DNA of 64,000 bases from NCBI RefSeq assembly GCF_032444005.1, contig NC_091288.1:220534001-220598000 (forward strand), written 5' to 3'. Position 1 is the stretch's first letter; every line of letters starts with the position of its first letter. Of the stretch, positions 63,130 to 64,000 are shown piece by piece. The translations under genes were made by a program, and so were the position numbers. The notes under the pieces were generated by a model, which was not told where the DNA came from, searched no databases, and saw nothing but the letters and a program-made list of their open reading frames with translations. Source of the DNA: Ranitomeya imitator. Taxonomy: Eukaryota.

Positions 63130-64000
63130 TGTATTTGTATATTCTATATGCTGGCTGCTGCATTCAATCACATTCACCGCCCTTGCATTAACTCTTTACA
63201 CTCCATCCATATCGGCCCCTCTGTCCTTTGCTCTCCTATGTATTGCACTCACACTTTGTTCACATTGCTTAACAGCGCAGATCCATTCAGTCCCACCATC
63301 CAATACACGAGATGCTCTCACAAATCACTTAACCATCTGCTCACTCTTTCTATCTTCCTTCTCTTAGTCGCAGGAGACATCTCTCCAAATCCTGGCCCCC
63401 CATATTATAGCAAGTCAAACCTCCCAACTGCTACACTCAGAAACCCCTCTAACCTTATTAATATTCCCTGCATGCCTTCTGTCTCTTTCAATTGTGCCCT
63501 TTGGAATTCTCGCTCAGTGTGTAATAATAAACTCCCTTTCATCCACGACTTCTTCCTTTCTAATTTTCTTAACCTTCTGGCTTACTGAAACCTGGATCCA
63601 GCAGTCAGACACCACCGCTGCTGCTGCTCTTTCATATGGTGGACTACACTTTTCTCATACCCCAAGATCGGAAAACAAAGCACATGGAGGTGTTGGTCTG
63701 CTCCTTTCACCCAAATGTACCTTCCAAGTTATCCCCCAAGTACCCTCACTTGTCTTCCCTTCTTTTGAGGTCCATGCTGTCAGACTCTACATCCCCAACT
63801 CCATGCGAGTGGCAGTGGTGTATCGTCCTCACGACCCCTTTCATCAGTTCCTGGATCACTTTGCCACCTGGCTTCCTCACTTTCTTTCCTGTGACATCCT
63901 CACCCTCATCATGGGTGATTTCAACATCTCCATTGCTTCTCCCCTCTCCCCATCTGCTTCTCACCTTTTATCTCTATCCTCCTCTTTTGGCCTCTCGCAG
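63130..64000 (+). mobile_element. L2-clade LINE 5' part: 2A-like peptide followed by APE endonuclease (frameshifted), cut by window edge
   Basis: LLLVAGDISPNPGP, ALWNSRSV, (T)ETWI after a 1-nt frameshift near 63583, GGVGLLL, VVYRP, IMGDFN. Confidence 0.88.

Overview
Eukaryotic, repeat-rich vertebrate DNA. The transposon repertoire looks anuran (frog); this is an inference. One clear host gene is present: a 4.7-kb stop-free terminal exon (37806-42490, +) encoding a very large inducible GTPase of the URGCP/GVIN1 (VLIG) family. Five upstream candidate exons (14682-28762) chain to it with fully compatible splice phases. The rest is mostly mobile DNA: a decayed chromodomain Ty3/Gypsy element with its 3' LTR, four Tc1 elements or fragments, two CR1 LINEs, L2 LINEs (one with a 2A-like StopGo motif), a Tx1-clade L1, many Harbinger-type and hAT MITEs, a non-autonomous Helitron, and Penelope-like remnants including two type I hammerhead-ribozyme motifs. 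A 7.7-kb 57-bp satellite with higher-order structure and a CTCF-like motif in most units sits just 3' of the GTPase gene. A related 40-bp array in the opposite orientation lies 6 kb further on. There is one assembly gap (16483-16610). All calls were made by eye; no searches or computations were run.
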